DNA from: an uncultured Planctomycetales bacterium
Lineage (GTDB): Bacteria; Omnitrophota; Gorgyraeia; Zapsychrales; Fredricksoniimonadaceae
Length of the DNA: 64,000 bases
Reading direction: 5' to 3'
NCBI GenBank assembly: GCA_964572155.1
Contig: CAZNDZ010000001.1
Location: forward strand, 782,290-846,289
The notes under the pieces are model-generated. The model had not been told where the DNA came from, did not search any database, and was given only the letters and a program-made list of their open reading frames with translations. A program made the position numbers and the translations under genes. Every line of letters begins with the position of its first letter. The first letter of the stretch is position 1. Shown piece by piece: positions 19,509 to 28,696 of the stretch.

Positions 19509-21971
19509 GACTTGAAATGTTTTGATTTGTGTCCTGCCGGTTAAATCACTGCTTGATTTGATGAGTTTGAAGTTTTCCATCCCTTGTCCGTTAAAGAAAT
19601 ATAATTTCATCATCAGTGAATTCGCTAATGAAGTATCCATCAAGCGGCATAGGGTTTGATTGTCTTGGGTGTAGATGACGATGGAGTAATTCAGTGATGC
19701 GTTGGGAATCTTTTGTTCAGTTATCACGCCGTCTTTAAGGTAAACAATGCTCTGCGGGCTGCCGTGGCCGTATTGATTTGAGTTCATGATGGCGCGTTTA
19801 TAATCTGGGCTGACGAGCAAGCCAGGGGCAAAGAGCAGGCCATCGTCGGTTTTATTCACGACAGTAAATTGTTCGCTAAACTTAGACGGGCCGCCGGCTA
19901 ATTCCCAGAGATAATTGATGAAATCTTTGGAGTTAGGTTTTGGCGCAAGGCTTAATAGGGCGGGGCTTGAATTAATTTCTTCGATCTTCCGAAAGTTGCG
20001 TCGGCCCACAAAAACAATCCCGATATTTTCTTCTACAATCTCATTATAAATTAACAAATAGCTATGTGGCATGGTGCTATGGGTGAGGCGTAATAATTGA
20101 TTGGCATCGTTGACACTCATTAATGAAGTCAAAGTACCGCGCGCGTCATTTAATGATTGCGGGGCAATGGTGGTTAAGATATCGACTGCATCAGAAGTCT
20201 TGAATTTCTTCGATAATAAAAATTCCGTTGCTTTATTGCCGCTTAAATTGAGCATGCGCAAGATGCCTTTGGCTTCTTGCTCGTCGTTGCTAAGGTAAAC
20301 TTTGGCCATCCAATAGCCGGTCTGACCTTCACTTAATGAGGCGCCATCAAACATGACCCGTCTGTTAGCAATGGCTTTGATAAAATGACCGGGCGGCCAC
20401 CACGTGTTGATGATGGCGTCACTGGGTGTTTTTGTTCTAAGTGCGGATAAGTTGTCATTCCACACGTCATTGAAGATGGGGGTTAAGACGGTGCGGATAT
20501 TAGCATTGGCTTCAACCCAACAAAATCCAACCAAGCCCAAACCACATGCGAGGCTGATCCATGTTGATTGAGGAATACGTCTGATGTTCTCAAGTATCAT
20601 CTGAAGTGCTAAACCAAAGAATAAACTTAGAGGGATGATCATAAAGATAACAAAACGCGTGGCTTTAAGTGTTAATACCGTCGTGATCAATAAGAATATT
20701 AAGACGATGATATTCTTTAAGTGAGCAGGATTCAGGCGATCTTTAAATAATTTAAAACAAGCAATCATGCTTCCTATAAAACTTAATGTTAAAAATATTG
20801 GACCGCCGGTGTCGCCTAAGATATCGGTAAGACTAGATTTCTTTAATTCACCAACTTCCATAAATAAATTAGGCCATAGGTTTAAACCTTTGTTGGTGAA
20901 TTTGCCCAATTCACTGCTACCCTCGGTAAAGAAGGTAAAAAATCCGCTCACACCATAAATCAATATTCCGATGACAATGATTGTTGTTAAAAAGGTCAGT
21001 ATAAACGTAAATTGAAGCGAGATGATGGATTTATTCTTTTGAATAATAAAGCCATATCCGCCGATCGCGCATGCGGCTATGAGGGTTAAGAAGAACAAGA
21101 AAATCCAACCTTGCCATATGAGTGAGAATAAGATTAAGTTAAGACTCAATAACCCTGCCCAGATCATCATATTGCGTGTCGTGGAAGTGGGGATGGCCTT
21201 AAAGATGATATACAGAAAGCCTAAGGTGAAAAGCAAGTTGTAAGGATCTGTGTCATACCAACCTAATGCACTACGTTTAAGAAAAACAGGGAGCATAGCA
21301 AAGTAAAATGTGCTGATTGCAACGACGGGGTAGGATAAGCCAAATAATCGTGCGCAAGCAATAAAAGCCCCGATGACAAAAAATGTTAACACCAGTGGTG
21401 TGATGGCGGCAGCTTCCATGAGTTTGATTGAGCTATTGAATATTTGTGCAATTTTGTAGACGATAAATCCAACATATGGGTGAAGGCTTAAGGGTTGCCA
21501 GAAACCAAATGGGGCGCCCATGTAGGTGTTGAAATATTGATGGCCTTTGATCACTTTTGCCATTTTCCCAGTGTTTAAGATGTTTTCTGTTAAGTTATAA
21601 AAATAAAAGGGGTCAGCCTCAAGCAAATACACATTATTTGGCAATCCACTTTGAGCAAACATGGCTTGATTTGTTTTCTCAATGGCGCGAGACAGGTTGC
21701 TTTTTTCTTTGCGCAATGTTTCGTTTAATTTCGTTGTCGCAATGTGGCTAGCTTCCTCGATGGACATTTGAGGATATTGCGCGTGAATTTGGGACAAAAA
21801 ATTTTGTTTGAGGTTATAGACAACCGACATGGTTGCGGCTTCATGGGTGGGGGCCCAAATGTGGCCCCAGTGGGGAAAACAGCGGATGTAAATGCTTAAT
21901 AGGCCAACAATAACCCAAATGCATAAAGCCCACCCCCAAGATTTTTGAAGATTTTTTAACATAGAAGGCAT
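19503..21971 (-). CDS. STT3/PglB/AglB-family oligosaccharyltransferase-like polytopic membrane protein
   Basis: 822 aa with ~13 TM segments, then a soluble C-terminal domain. The first external loop GWYDTDPYN resembles PglB GYYDTDM. INTWWPPGHFIKAIANRRVMFDGASL matches the WWDYGY...DGG region of PglB. Convergent with the giant gene; their 3' ends overlap by 6 nt. Confidence 0.55.
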   Translation of the reverse strand: MPSMLKNLQKSWGWALCIWVIVGLLSIYIRCFPHWGHIWAPTHEAATMSVVYNLKQNFLSQIHAQYPQMSIEEASHIATTKLNETLRKEKSNLSRAIEKTNQAMFAQSGLPNNVYLLEADPFYFYNLTENILNTGKMAKVIKGHQYFNTYMGAPFGFWQPLSLHPYVGFIVYKIAQIFNSSIKLMEAAAITPLVLTFFVIGAFIACARLFGLSYPVVAISTFYFAMLPVFLKRSALGWYDTDPYNLLFTLGFLYIIFKAIPTSTTRNMMIWAGLLSLNLILFSLIWQGWIFLFFLTLIAACAIGGYGFIIQKNKSIISLQFTFILTFLTTIIVIGILIYGVSGFFTFFTEGSSELGKFTNKGLNLWPNLFMEVGELKKSSLTDILGDTGGPIFLTLSFIGSMIACFKLFKDRLNPAHLKNIIVLIFLLITTVLTLKATRFVIFMIIPLSLFFGLALQMILENIRRIPQSTWISLACGLGLVGFCWVEANANIRTVLTPIFNDVWNDNLSALRTKTPSDAIINTWWPPGHFIKAIANRRVMFDGASLSEGQTGYWMAKVYLSNDEQEAKGILRMLNLSGNKATEFLLSKKFKTSDAVDILTTIAPQSLNDARGTLTSLMSVNDANQLLRLTHSTMPHSYLLIYNEIVEENIGIVFVGRRNFRKIEEINSSPALLSLAPKPNSKDFINYLWELAGGPSKFSEQFTVVNKTDDGLLFAPGLLVSPDYKRAIMNSNQYGHGSPQSIVYLKDGVITEQKIPNASLNYSIVIYTQDNQTLCRLMDTSLANSLMMKLYFFNGQGMENFKLIKSSSDLTGRTQIKTFQVL

Positions 21972-21987
21972 TATCCTAAAATTTCAT

Positions 21988-22674
21988 TTATTGTCTACGG
22001 ATATTTGAGAGTAAAGTTAAATATTGTTCGTGGATTTTGTCAGAAGCAATGCAGAGGCTAGAACGTTCTTTGCTTTGATGTTTACCCATCACCATTCCAA
22101 GTAACTTTCCTTGGCGGTTAAAGATAGGGCCGCCACTATCTCCTTGATATAAATTCAAGTTTGTTTCTATGAATTCTATTGTACCTTGTGAACGACTTTG
22201 AATCAGGCTTGTGATATTTCCTGATAAGATGCTGTTATTGTTATATTCAGATGATCCAATGGCAATGATAGGTTCTCCAATTTGCGCTAACGCTGAGTCT
22301 GCAAACTTAACAGGGCTTAGTCCGAAACCAGGATTGATTTTAAGGATACTAAAGTCGTGGTCGATAGATACATATAGCACTTGTGCGTTATAGCTTTTTT
22401 TGTTAGACAAGGTGATGATAATGCGTGGCGCATTCTTAATAATATGGGTGTTGGTGACGATTAAACCCTTTGCGTCAATGATGATCCCTGTACCTTGGCG
22501 GGTGTAGGCTACTTGTTTCTTGCCTTTTTTTGTCGACATGACCTTGGTATAAACGGTTTGAACGCTAACCAAAGATTTTTCTAAACGTTGCATTTGCTCT
22601 AAAACAGAGGGTCCGGCATGGCACACCTGCGGTACAAAAAATATACAAATAAGGCAGTAAATAATTCTTAACAT
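21988..22674 (-). CDS. Exported trypsin-like (S1 family) serine protease
   Basis: Signal peptide MLRIIYCLICIFFVPQVCHA. Catalytic serine motif GDSGGPIF. TNTHI histidine region. 228 aa with no PDZ domain. Lies upstream of the OST-like gene on the minus strand. Confidence 0.7.
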   Translation of the reverse strand: MLRIIYCLICIFFVPQVCHAGPSVLEQMQRLEKSLVSVQTVYTKVMSTKKGKKQVAYTRQGTGIIIDAKGLIVTNTHIIKNAPRIIITLSNKKSYNAQVLYVSIDHDFSILKINPGFGLSPVKFADSALAQIGEPIIAIGSSEYNNNSILSGNITSLIQSRSQGTIEFIETNLNLYQGDSGGPIFNRQGKLLGMVMGKHQSKERSSLCIASDKIHEQYLTLLSNIRRQ

Positions 22675-22703
22675 TATTTTATTCTACCGTATAATAATCG
22701 CTT

Positions 22704-23354
22704 ATGTCTAACCTTATTATACGTCCCTTTACGAAATCTGACACCCAAGCTGTTCGAGATATTTGTGCAGACGCAGCGGATAGGGGAGAGCGGGTTGAGA
22801 ATTTTTATCCAGATAGGGAAAGCATTACGGATCTCTTGTGTGGCTATTATACCGACTATGAACCGCAGTCTTTGTTTGTAGCTCAACAAGATGGTCGTGT
22901 AGTTGGTTACATCATGGGTTGTTTTGATAATCGTCGCTATGGTTTGGCCATGACATGGATTATCATTCCTAAAGCATTGTTTAAAGCATTTAAGCGTGGC
23001 GTTTTCTTTCAGCAGCAATTTTGGGCATTAATCGCTGGTATGTTGCAGAATTGGCCGCGTTTATTTGCATGGCGCAAAGAATCATTTCATAGTCACGCTG
23101 GTCATTTTCATATTGGCATTGCCAAAGATTTTAGGGGACAGCATATTGGTCCTAAATTAATGGAAGCATTATCAACGTATGCCAAAGGTCAGCATGTTAC
23201 ATCCTTATCTGCGTCGGTGCATGATGGTAATATTTCTGCAGTTAAGTTTTTTGAGAAAGCAAAATTTAAAATCATTCAACGTTACCCCATGCGCATGTAT
23301 CAGGGGGGTAAGTACGTTGATTATCAATCGCTCTTATATGTTAAAGAAATTTAG
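22704..23354 (+). CDS. GNAT-family N-acetyltransferase
   Basis: 216 aa. GNAT-like core (IRPFTKSDTQAVRDI..., acetyl-CoA-binding-like region HIGIAKDFRGQHIGPKLMEAL). Confidence 0.55.
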   Translation: MSNLIIRPFTKSDTQAVRDICADAADRGERVENFYPDRESITDLLCGYYTDYEPQSLFVAQQDGRVVGYIMGCFDNRRYGLAMTWIIIPKALFKAFKRGVFFQQQFWALIAGMLQNWPRLFAWRKESFHSHAGHFHIGIAKDFRGQHIGPKLMEALSTYAKGQHVTSLSASVHDGNISAVKFFEKAKFKIIQRYPMRMYQGGKYVDYQSLLYVKEI

Positions 23355-24720
23355 TCTAATCATTGTGTTATTGTTGGTCACCGTCGTGAATGCTTTGGCC
23401 GCAGATACTAGTATTCCTGAATTGACCTTGTCCCCAGATGATCGCATTTTGGTTTTAGCGCCACATCCTGATGATGAGGTTTTGGGTACGGCAGGCATTT
23501 TGCAAAGGGCTGTAAGCATGAATATCCCCGTCAAGGTCGTTTTCTTTACATATGGGGATAGCAATCAATGGTCATTTTTGCTCTACCGCAAGCACCCTGT
23601 TTTTATCCCCAAGGCGGTTGAGAATATGGGGCTTGTCCGTCGAGATGAAGCGATTTCAGCCGCAAGTATTTTAGGGGTAAAACGAGACGATTTAATCTTC
23701 TTAGGGTATCCGGACTTTGGTACCATGAATATTTGGTCTGCGCATTGGAATGATCGCAAACCTTTGCGTAGCATGTTCACCCGCGTTAAGAAGGTTCCGT
23801 ATCAAGGGGCTTTAAGACCAGGAGCACCATATAAGGGAGAAGAAATCCTGCGTGATTTGCGTTCCGTCTTACATGCATTTAAACCAACCAAGATTTTTCT
23901 GTCACATCCTGCGGATCATAATGGGGATCATTTGTCCTTGTATTTGTTTACGCGGGTCGCTTTATGGGACGAAGGGATGGAGAACAATGTCGCGCTGTAT
24001 CCATATTTAATCCATTACGTGGGTTGGCCTAAACCATTTGGTTTTCATCCAGAGCGCACCTTAAAGCCACCCGAAGCGTTTAGTAAAATTATTTCGTGGC
24101 AACAATTTACGTTATCAAAACAGGAATTTACTTTTAAGAAAGCTGCTTTACAAGCGCATAAAACACAATACACCTCCTCGCGCAGTTATTTATCGTCGTT
24201 CTTGCGTCAAAATGAACTCTTTGGAGATTTTCCAGTAATACGTTTGCATATCAATGAAAACTCTTCGGTATTTTCAACTAAATATAAATTTACCCCCAGC
24301 GCTGCGTTGCCTGAAGAATTAAGTCCTAAAGAAAAGTTAGCATTTGTTGGTATTGAATGGAAATTTGTGCGTTGGGAAGGGGACCATTTGTCTGTATCCA
24401 TAGCCTTATCAAAGCCATTGGCCGCAAATGTGGAAGCCTCGATTTATATTTTTGGTTACCAAAGAAATGGGGATAAAACGCCCTTTGCTCAAATGCCAAA
24501 GATTAGGGTGAATTTGGGTGTTCTTAGTTATAATGTTTTTGATCAGGACAAACGCATCGACCAAGGCTCTGTTGAGATCAAGCGGAGTGCCAATGAGATT
24601 ATCATTAATGTTCCTTTAAAATTAATTGGTAATCCTGACCGTATTCTAACCAGTGCGCGCACCTATTTGGATAATGTGCCGCTTGATAGTGCCTCGTGGA
24701 TGGCTGTGGAGCTAAATTAA
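23338..24720 (+). CDS. Exported PIG-L/LmbE-family N-acetylglucosaminyl deacetylase with a ~220-aa C-terminal beta-rich extension
   Basis: Start at ATG 23338 (the ORF track begins at 23179). Signal peptide MLKKFSLIIVLLLVTVVNALAA. PIG-L motif LVLAPHPDDEVLG plus a HPADHNGDH histidine cluster. Overlaps the GNAT 3' end by 17 nt. Confidence 0.7.
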   Translation: MLKKFSLIIVLLLVTVVNALAADTSIPELTLSPDDRILVLAPHPDDEVLGTAGILQRAVSMNIPVKVVFFTYGDSNQWSFLLYRKHPVFIPKAVENMGLVRRDEAISAASILGVKRDDLIFLGYPDFGTMNIWSAHWNDRKPLRSMFTRVKKVPYQGALRPGAPYKGEEILRDLRSVLHAFKPTKIFLSHPADHNGDHLSLYLFTRVALWDEGMENNVALYPYLIHYVGWPKPFGFHPERTLKPPEAFSKIISWQQFTLSKQEFTFKKAALQAHKTQYTSSRSYLSSFLRQNELFGDFPVIRLHINENSSVFSTKYKFTPSAALPEELSPKEKLAFVGIEWKFVRWEGDHLSVSIALSKPLAANVEASIYIFGYQRNGDKTPFAQMPKIRVNLGVLSYNVFDQDKRIDQGSVEIKRSANEIIINVPLKLIGNPDRILTSARTYLDNVPLDSASWMAVELN

Positions 24721-25500
24721 ATGGATTTCTTTCATGCGATTATTCTAGGGATTGTAGAAGGGGTAACCGAGTATTTGCCTGTTTCTTCGACGGGGCATAT
24801 GATCATTGCCTCACATTTATTGCATTTACCTGAAACAGAATTCTTAAAGACATTTGAAATTGCTATCCAATTAGGCGCCATTGTGGCAGTGTTTTCATTG
24901 TATTGGCGCACATTTTTATTAGATTGGGAAGTGGGGCAAAAAGTATTAGCAGCTTTTATACCTACGGCCGTCATCGGGTTTGTTGTTTATAAATTCGTGA
25001 AGCATTTTTTGATGGGGAATGTTTTTGTTGTTGTTCTTTCATTATTTATTGGCGGGGTTATCCTTATTGTTTTTGAAATGCTTCATAAAGGCAAAGAAGG
25101 TAAGACCAATCGATTAGAGGCCATTTCATACCCACAAGCCATTGTGATTGGTTTGTGTCAGTCTGTGGCTGTTATCCCAGGGGTTTCACGTTCTGCTGCC
25201 ACCATCCTTGCTGGTTTAATGGTTGGGATAAGCCGACAGACAATTGTAGAATTTTCATTTCTACTTGCCGTACCGACGATTAGTGCCGCTGTTGCTTTAG
25301 ATATCTTAAAAAGTTCTGCGAGCATTACTTCAATGCAATGGGGTTTATTGGCGGTAGGGTTTCTGGTGGCTTTTGTGGTGGCATGGGGCAGTGTGAAGTT
25401 CTTATTGAGGTTTATCAAACATAATGATTTTATCGTTTTTGGGGTTTATCGCATTTGTGTGGCTGTGCTTTTATTCTTTTTACTTTTAGGACATTTGTAG
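24721..25500 (+). CDS. uppP: Undecaprenyl-diphosphate phosphatase
   Basis: N-terminal VEGVTEYLPVSSTGHMII and the PGVSRSAATI motif, both typical of UppP/BacA. 8 TM segments. Confidence 0.85.
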   Translation: MDFFHAIILGIVEGVTEYLPVSSTGHMIIASHLLHLPETEFLKTFEIAIQLGAIVAVFSLYWRTFLLDWEVGQKVLAAFIPTAVIGFVVYKFVKHFLMGNVFVVVLSLFIGGVILIVFEMLHKGKEGKTNRLEAISYPQAIVIGLCQSVAVIPGVSRSAATILAGLMVGISRQTIVEFSFLLAVPTISAAVALDILKSSASITSMQWGLLAVGFLVAFVVAWGSVKFLLRFIKHNDFIVFGVYRICVAVLLFFLLLGHL

Positions 25501-25556
25501 TAGAATTTCTTCTTTATTAATGAAAGGAATACCTTTTAACAGGTATCATAGGTTAT

Positions 25557-27524
25557 ATGAGTTTTATAGGTAAGTTAAAAAATACGGTTATTGGCAAGGC
25601 GCTTAATTTGCATGAGGGGGGCATCTTTCATCAGATGTCCTTGATTGCTTTCTTTGCGTGGGTTGGTCTTGGGGCGGATGGTTTATCGTCATCTTGTTAC
25701 GGCCCAGAAGAAGCTTTCTTAGCGCTTGGTCAACATCAACATTTAGCTGTGTTTGTCGCTTTAGCTACGGTGATCACAGTTTTTGTCATCAGCGCTAGCT
25801 ATTCTCAAATCATTGAAGTTTTTCCTTCAGGTGGTGGTGGATATCTTGTCGCAAGTAAATTGTTATCGCCTAATTGGGGGATGGTTTGTGGTAGTGCTTT
25901 GTTGATTGATTATTTGTTAACGATCACCATATCGATAGCTAGTGGAACGGATGCTTTATTTAGTTTTCTTCCGCTTGATTGGCAGCCTTGGAAGATACAT
26001 TTTTCTGCATTTGCACTTATTTGTTTGATGGTGTTGAATTTGCGTGGTGTTAAAGAATCTGTACTACCGTTAGTTCCTATTTTCCTTACGTTTATTTTTA
26101 CACATTTCTTTATTATTATTTACGCTATTAGTACGCATTTAATGGATTTTCCTCAAATGGGAGTGAATATTCATAATGATGTACAGTCTTCATTTTCAGA
26201 GGTTGGTTTTTGGGGATTGTTCTTTTTGATTTTACGGGCATATAGTTTAGGTGCAGGTACATATACAGGTATTGAAGCTGTTAGTAATGGCATGTCAATT
26301 CTAAGGGAGCCTAAGGTTAAGACTGGTAAGCGAGCGATGTTATATATGTCGTTATCTTTGGCCTTCACGGTCATGGGCCTCATGTTGGCATATTTGATTT
26401 ACCAAGTCAGTCCTCAGCCAGGAAAAACACTCAATGCTGTAATGTTTTCAACCATTTCTCAGGGTTGGGGTACGAATGGCTATATCTTTGTGTTGGTTAG
26501 TTTAATTTCAGAAGCATTGTTGTTGTATATTGCTGCTCAAACAGGTTTCTTAGGGGGGCCAAGGGTTTTAGCAAGCATGGCGGCTGATCGATGGTTTCCG
26601 ACGAAGTTTGGGGCTTTAAGTGATCGATTGGTCTATCAAAAAGGCATTTTGTTGATGGGCATTGCCGCACTTGTTGTTATGATAATGACCCATGCGTCAG
26701 TAAAATTTCTCGTTGTTTTATATAGTATTAATGTGTTTATCACATTCTGTTTATCCCAGTTGGGGATGGTGCGTCATTGGTGGATCTCGCGTAGTCGTAA
26801 CAAAGAATGGGTTAAGAAGATTTTTATTAATGGTTTAGGTCTTTCGTGCACAACATTTATCTTGCTTTCTGTGACGGTGATCAAATTTCATGAGGGCGGC
26901 TGGATCACCTTACTTATGACGGGCTCTGTGGCTATGATCGCTGTTGCCATCAAACGCCATTATATTAATACGGCTAAGCAGCTAAAGCGTTTAAATCCTT
27001 TGGTTCAAGGGATTATGGCAACTAATGCCACGCGGCTTAAAGTTGATGGCCCAAGTGAGTTTGATCCGAAAGCTAAGACAGCGGTGTTGGTCGTTAATGG
27101 TTTTAATGGGTTAGGACTGCACACGCTATTTAATGTGGTCCGTTTGTTCGGCGATCAATTTAAAAATTATATTTTTATTCAAATCGGTGTTATTGATGCT
27201 GGAAACTTTAAAGGGCATGAAGAAGTAGAAGCCTTGCAGACAAAGATTGATGCGGAAAATCAACGTTATGTAGATTACATGCGTTCGGAAGGGTATTTTG
27301 CACAAAGCTATACAGCCACAGGCATTGATGTTATTTCCGAAGTTGAAAAATTAAGCATTGATGTGTCACAAAAATATCCTGGGGTTGTTTTCTTTGGTGG
27401 GCAGGTTGTTTTTGAGAAAGAAACTTTCTTTAATAAGTGGTTGCATAACTACACCGTTTTTGCCTTACAGCGTCGATTGTATAGTCATGGTGTGCCATTC
27501 GTCGTTATGCCAATTCGGGTGTAA
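25557..27524 (+). CDS. APC-superfamily transporter, KimA (YdaO)-like K+ importer with a cytoplasmic C-terminal domain
   Basis: GADGLSSSCYGPEEAFLAL and FPSGGGGYLVASKLL...GSALLIDYLLTITISIASGTDAL closely match the KimA N-terminal core. ~12 TM segments plus a ~200-aa C-terminal soluble domain. Confidence 0.6.
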   Translation: MSFIGKLKNTVIGKALNLHEGGIFHQMSLIAFFAWVGLGADGLSSSCYGPEEAFLALGQHQHLAVFVALATVITVFVISASYSQIIEVFPSGGGGYLVASKLLSPNWGMVCGSALLIDYLLTITISIASGTDALFSFLPLDWQPWKIHFSAFALICLMVLNLRGVKESVLPLVPIFLTFIFTHFFIIIYAISTHLMDFPQMGVNIHNDVQSSFSEVGFWGLFFLILRAYSLGAGTYTGIEAVSNGMSILREPKVKTGKRAMLYMSLSLAFTVMGLMLAYLIYQVSPQPGKTLNAVMFSTISQGWGTNGYIFVLVSLISEALLLYIAAQTGFLGGPRVLASMAADRWFPTKFGALSDRLVYQKGILLMGIAALVVMIMTHASVKFLVVLYSINVFITFCLSQLGMVRHWWISRSRNKEWVKKIFINGLGLSCTTFILLSVTVIKFHEGGWITLLMTGSVAMIAVAIKRHYINTAKQLKRLNPLVQGIMATNATRLKVDGPSEFDPKAKTAVLVVNGFNGLGLHTLFNVVRLFGDQFKNYIFIQIGVIDAGNFKGHEEVEALQTKIDAENQRYVDYMRSEGYFAQSYTATGIDVISEVEKLSIDVSQKYPGVVFFGGQVVFEKETFFNKWLHNYTVFALQRRLYSHGVPFVVMPIRV

Positions 27525-27526
27525 GC

Positions 27527-27778
27527 ATGGGCGGTAAATTAAAGTTAGATCTACATGACATCTTTAATAAAGGCTCAGAGATTGATGATGCTCTGCAAGA
27601 TGTTGTTGATCAAGCTGTCACTAAAAAGATTGATATTGTAGAGATCATCCCAGGCAAAGGTAGCGGTCAGTTAAAGAAGAAAGTCATTCGCTTTTTAGAG
27701 CAGAAGCATATTAAGTCTTTATATCGGCGTTTAGAAAAAGACGATAAGAATTTTGGCCGCATCTTTGTTCACTTCTAA
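27527..27778 (+). CDS. Smr-domain protein
   Basis: 83 aa. DLHD...IDIVEIIPGKGSG resembles the Smr DLHG...hGkG signature. Confidence 0.5.
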   Translation: MGGKLKLDLHDIFNKGSEIDDALQDVVDQAVTKKIDIVEIIPGKGSGQLKKKVIRFLEQKHIKSLYRRLEKDDKNFGRIFVHF

Positions 27779-27779
27779 A

Positions 27780-28235
27780 ATGAATAAAATCAAAGCATTC
27801 TTCCAAGGCATTTATCATCAAATCATCACCATGCATGATTCACCGCATCACATTGCGTTGGGTTTTGCGTGGGGAGTCTTCCTTGGTATTTTACCTTTCA
27901 CAGGTGTTGTTGCTGCCGTCACAGTTGCTGCCATCTTCAAATTTAATAAAGCAGCGGCATTAATGGGGAGTTTGCTTACAAATGCTTGGCTTAGCATTGT
28001 GACCTTTGTGCTCGCAGGTAAACTTGGATGCATGATTTTAGGTCTTGATTGGGAGAAGATTTATCAACAGGCTAAAGATGTGATCTTTCATTTTTCTTGG
28101 AGCGCTTTGTTTAAGACGGCATCATTTCAAATCCTTTTGCCGCTTTTTTTGGGTTATGCGATTGTTGGTGCGTTATGTGGTTTTGTGTCATATTGGGTTA
28201 TTTTGTTTATTTTAAAGAAAAACAATCCACGTTGA
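27780..28235 (+). CDS. DUF2062-family membrane protein
   Basis: Start at ATG 27780 (MNKIKAFFQGIYHQIITMHDSPHHIALGFAWGVFLGILPF), typical of DUF2062. 3-4 TM segments. The ORF-track start at 27753 overlaps the Smr gene. Confidence 0.45.
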   Translation: MNKIKAFFQGIYHQIITMHDSPHHIALGFAWGVFLGILPFTGVVAAVTVAAIFKFNKAAALMGSLLTNAWLSIVTFVLAGKLGCMILGLDWEKIYQQAKDVIFHFSWSALFKTASFQILLPLFLGYAIVGALCGFVSYWVILFILKKNNPR

Positions 28236-28280
28236 ATTTTTCTTGTCTTTTTTTTCGCGTAGCGATATACTACCCGCACT

Positions 28281-28661
28281 ATGTTAGATAATCGTCGTCA
28301 TATACGTATTAGAGAAATCACCGATGTGCGTTGGACTGTCCTTGGCACAGAACTTTTAGGTGAAGGTAAGATTGTGAACATCAGCTCATCGGGTTTATTG
28401 CTTCAAACAGATAAGAATTATAATCCACATGTGCGCGGTAAGGTGTATGTGGATGCTGTTGGTGCAGATCCTTTGGTGTTTGGCCCTAAACGTGGTCGAG
28501 TGGTGTGGACCCGCCGTATAGAGAATGCTGAGGGGTTTCAATGTGGGGTTGAGTTTGAGAAAAATATGCCATTTGATTCACGCCTAGAGCAGTGGATAGA
28601 TAAAAAGGCAGAGGAGATCTCACAAACAACCAATGCAAATATTTTAAGTCATTACGTTTAA
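28281..28661 (+). CDS. PilZ-domain protein (putative c-di-GMP receptor)
   Basis: RRHIRIRE near the N terminus (RxxxR) and NISSSGLLL (D/NxSxGG), the two halves of the PilZ c-di-GMP binding signature. A TATACT -10-like element lies upstream (~28255-28265). Confidence 0.6.
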   Translation: MLDNRRHIRIREITDVRWTVLGTELLGEGKIVNISSSGLLLQTDKNYNPHVRGKVYVDAVGADPLVFGPKRGRVVWTRRIENAEGFQCGVEFEKNMPFDSRLEQWIDKKAEEISQTTNANILSHYV

Positions 28662-28696
28662 AAGCTTACATCGTCATAGTAAAACAGGAGGAGCAC

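Noticed and set aside
22674-23018. A 114-aa minus-strand ORF overlapping the GNAT gene
   Set aside because: It is antisense to the GNAT coding region and contiguous with the S1 protease stop only by chance. It has no motifs.
23179-23337. A 5' extension of the PIG-L gene into the GNAT gene
   Set aside because: The ATG at 23338 gives a textbook signal peptide. The extension overlaps the GNAT coding frame.
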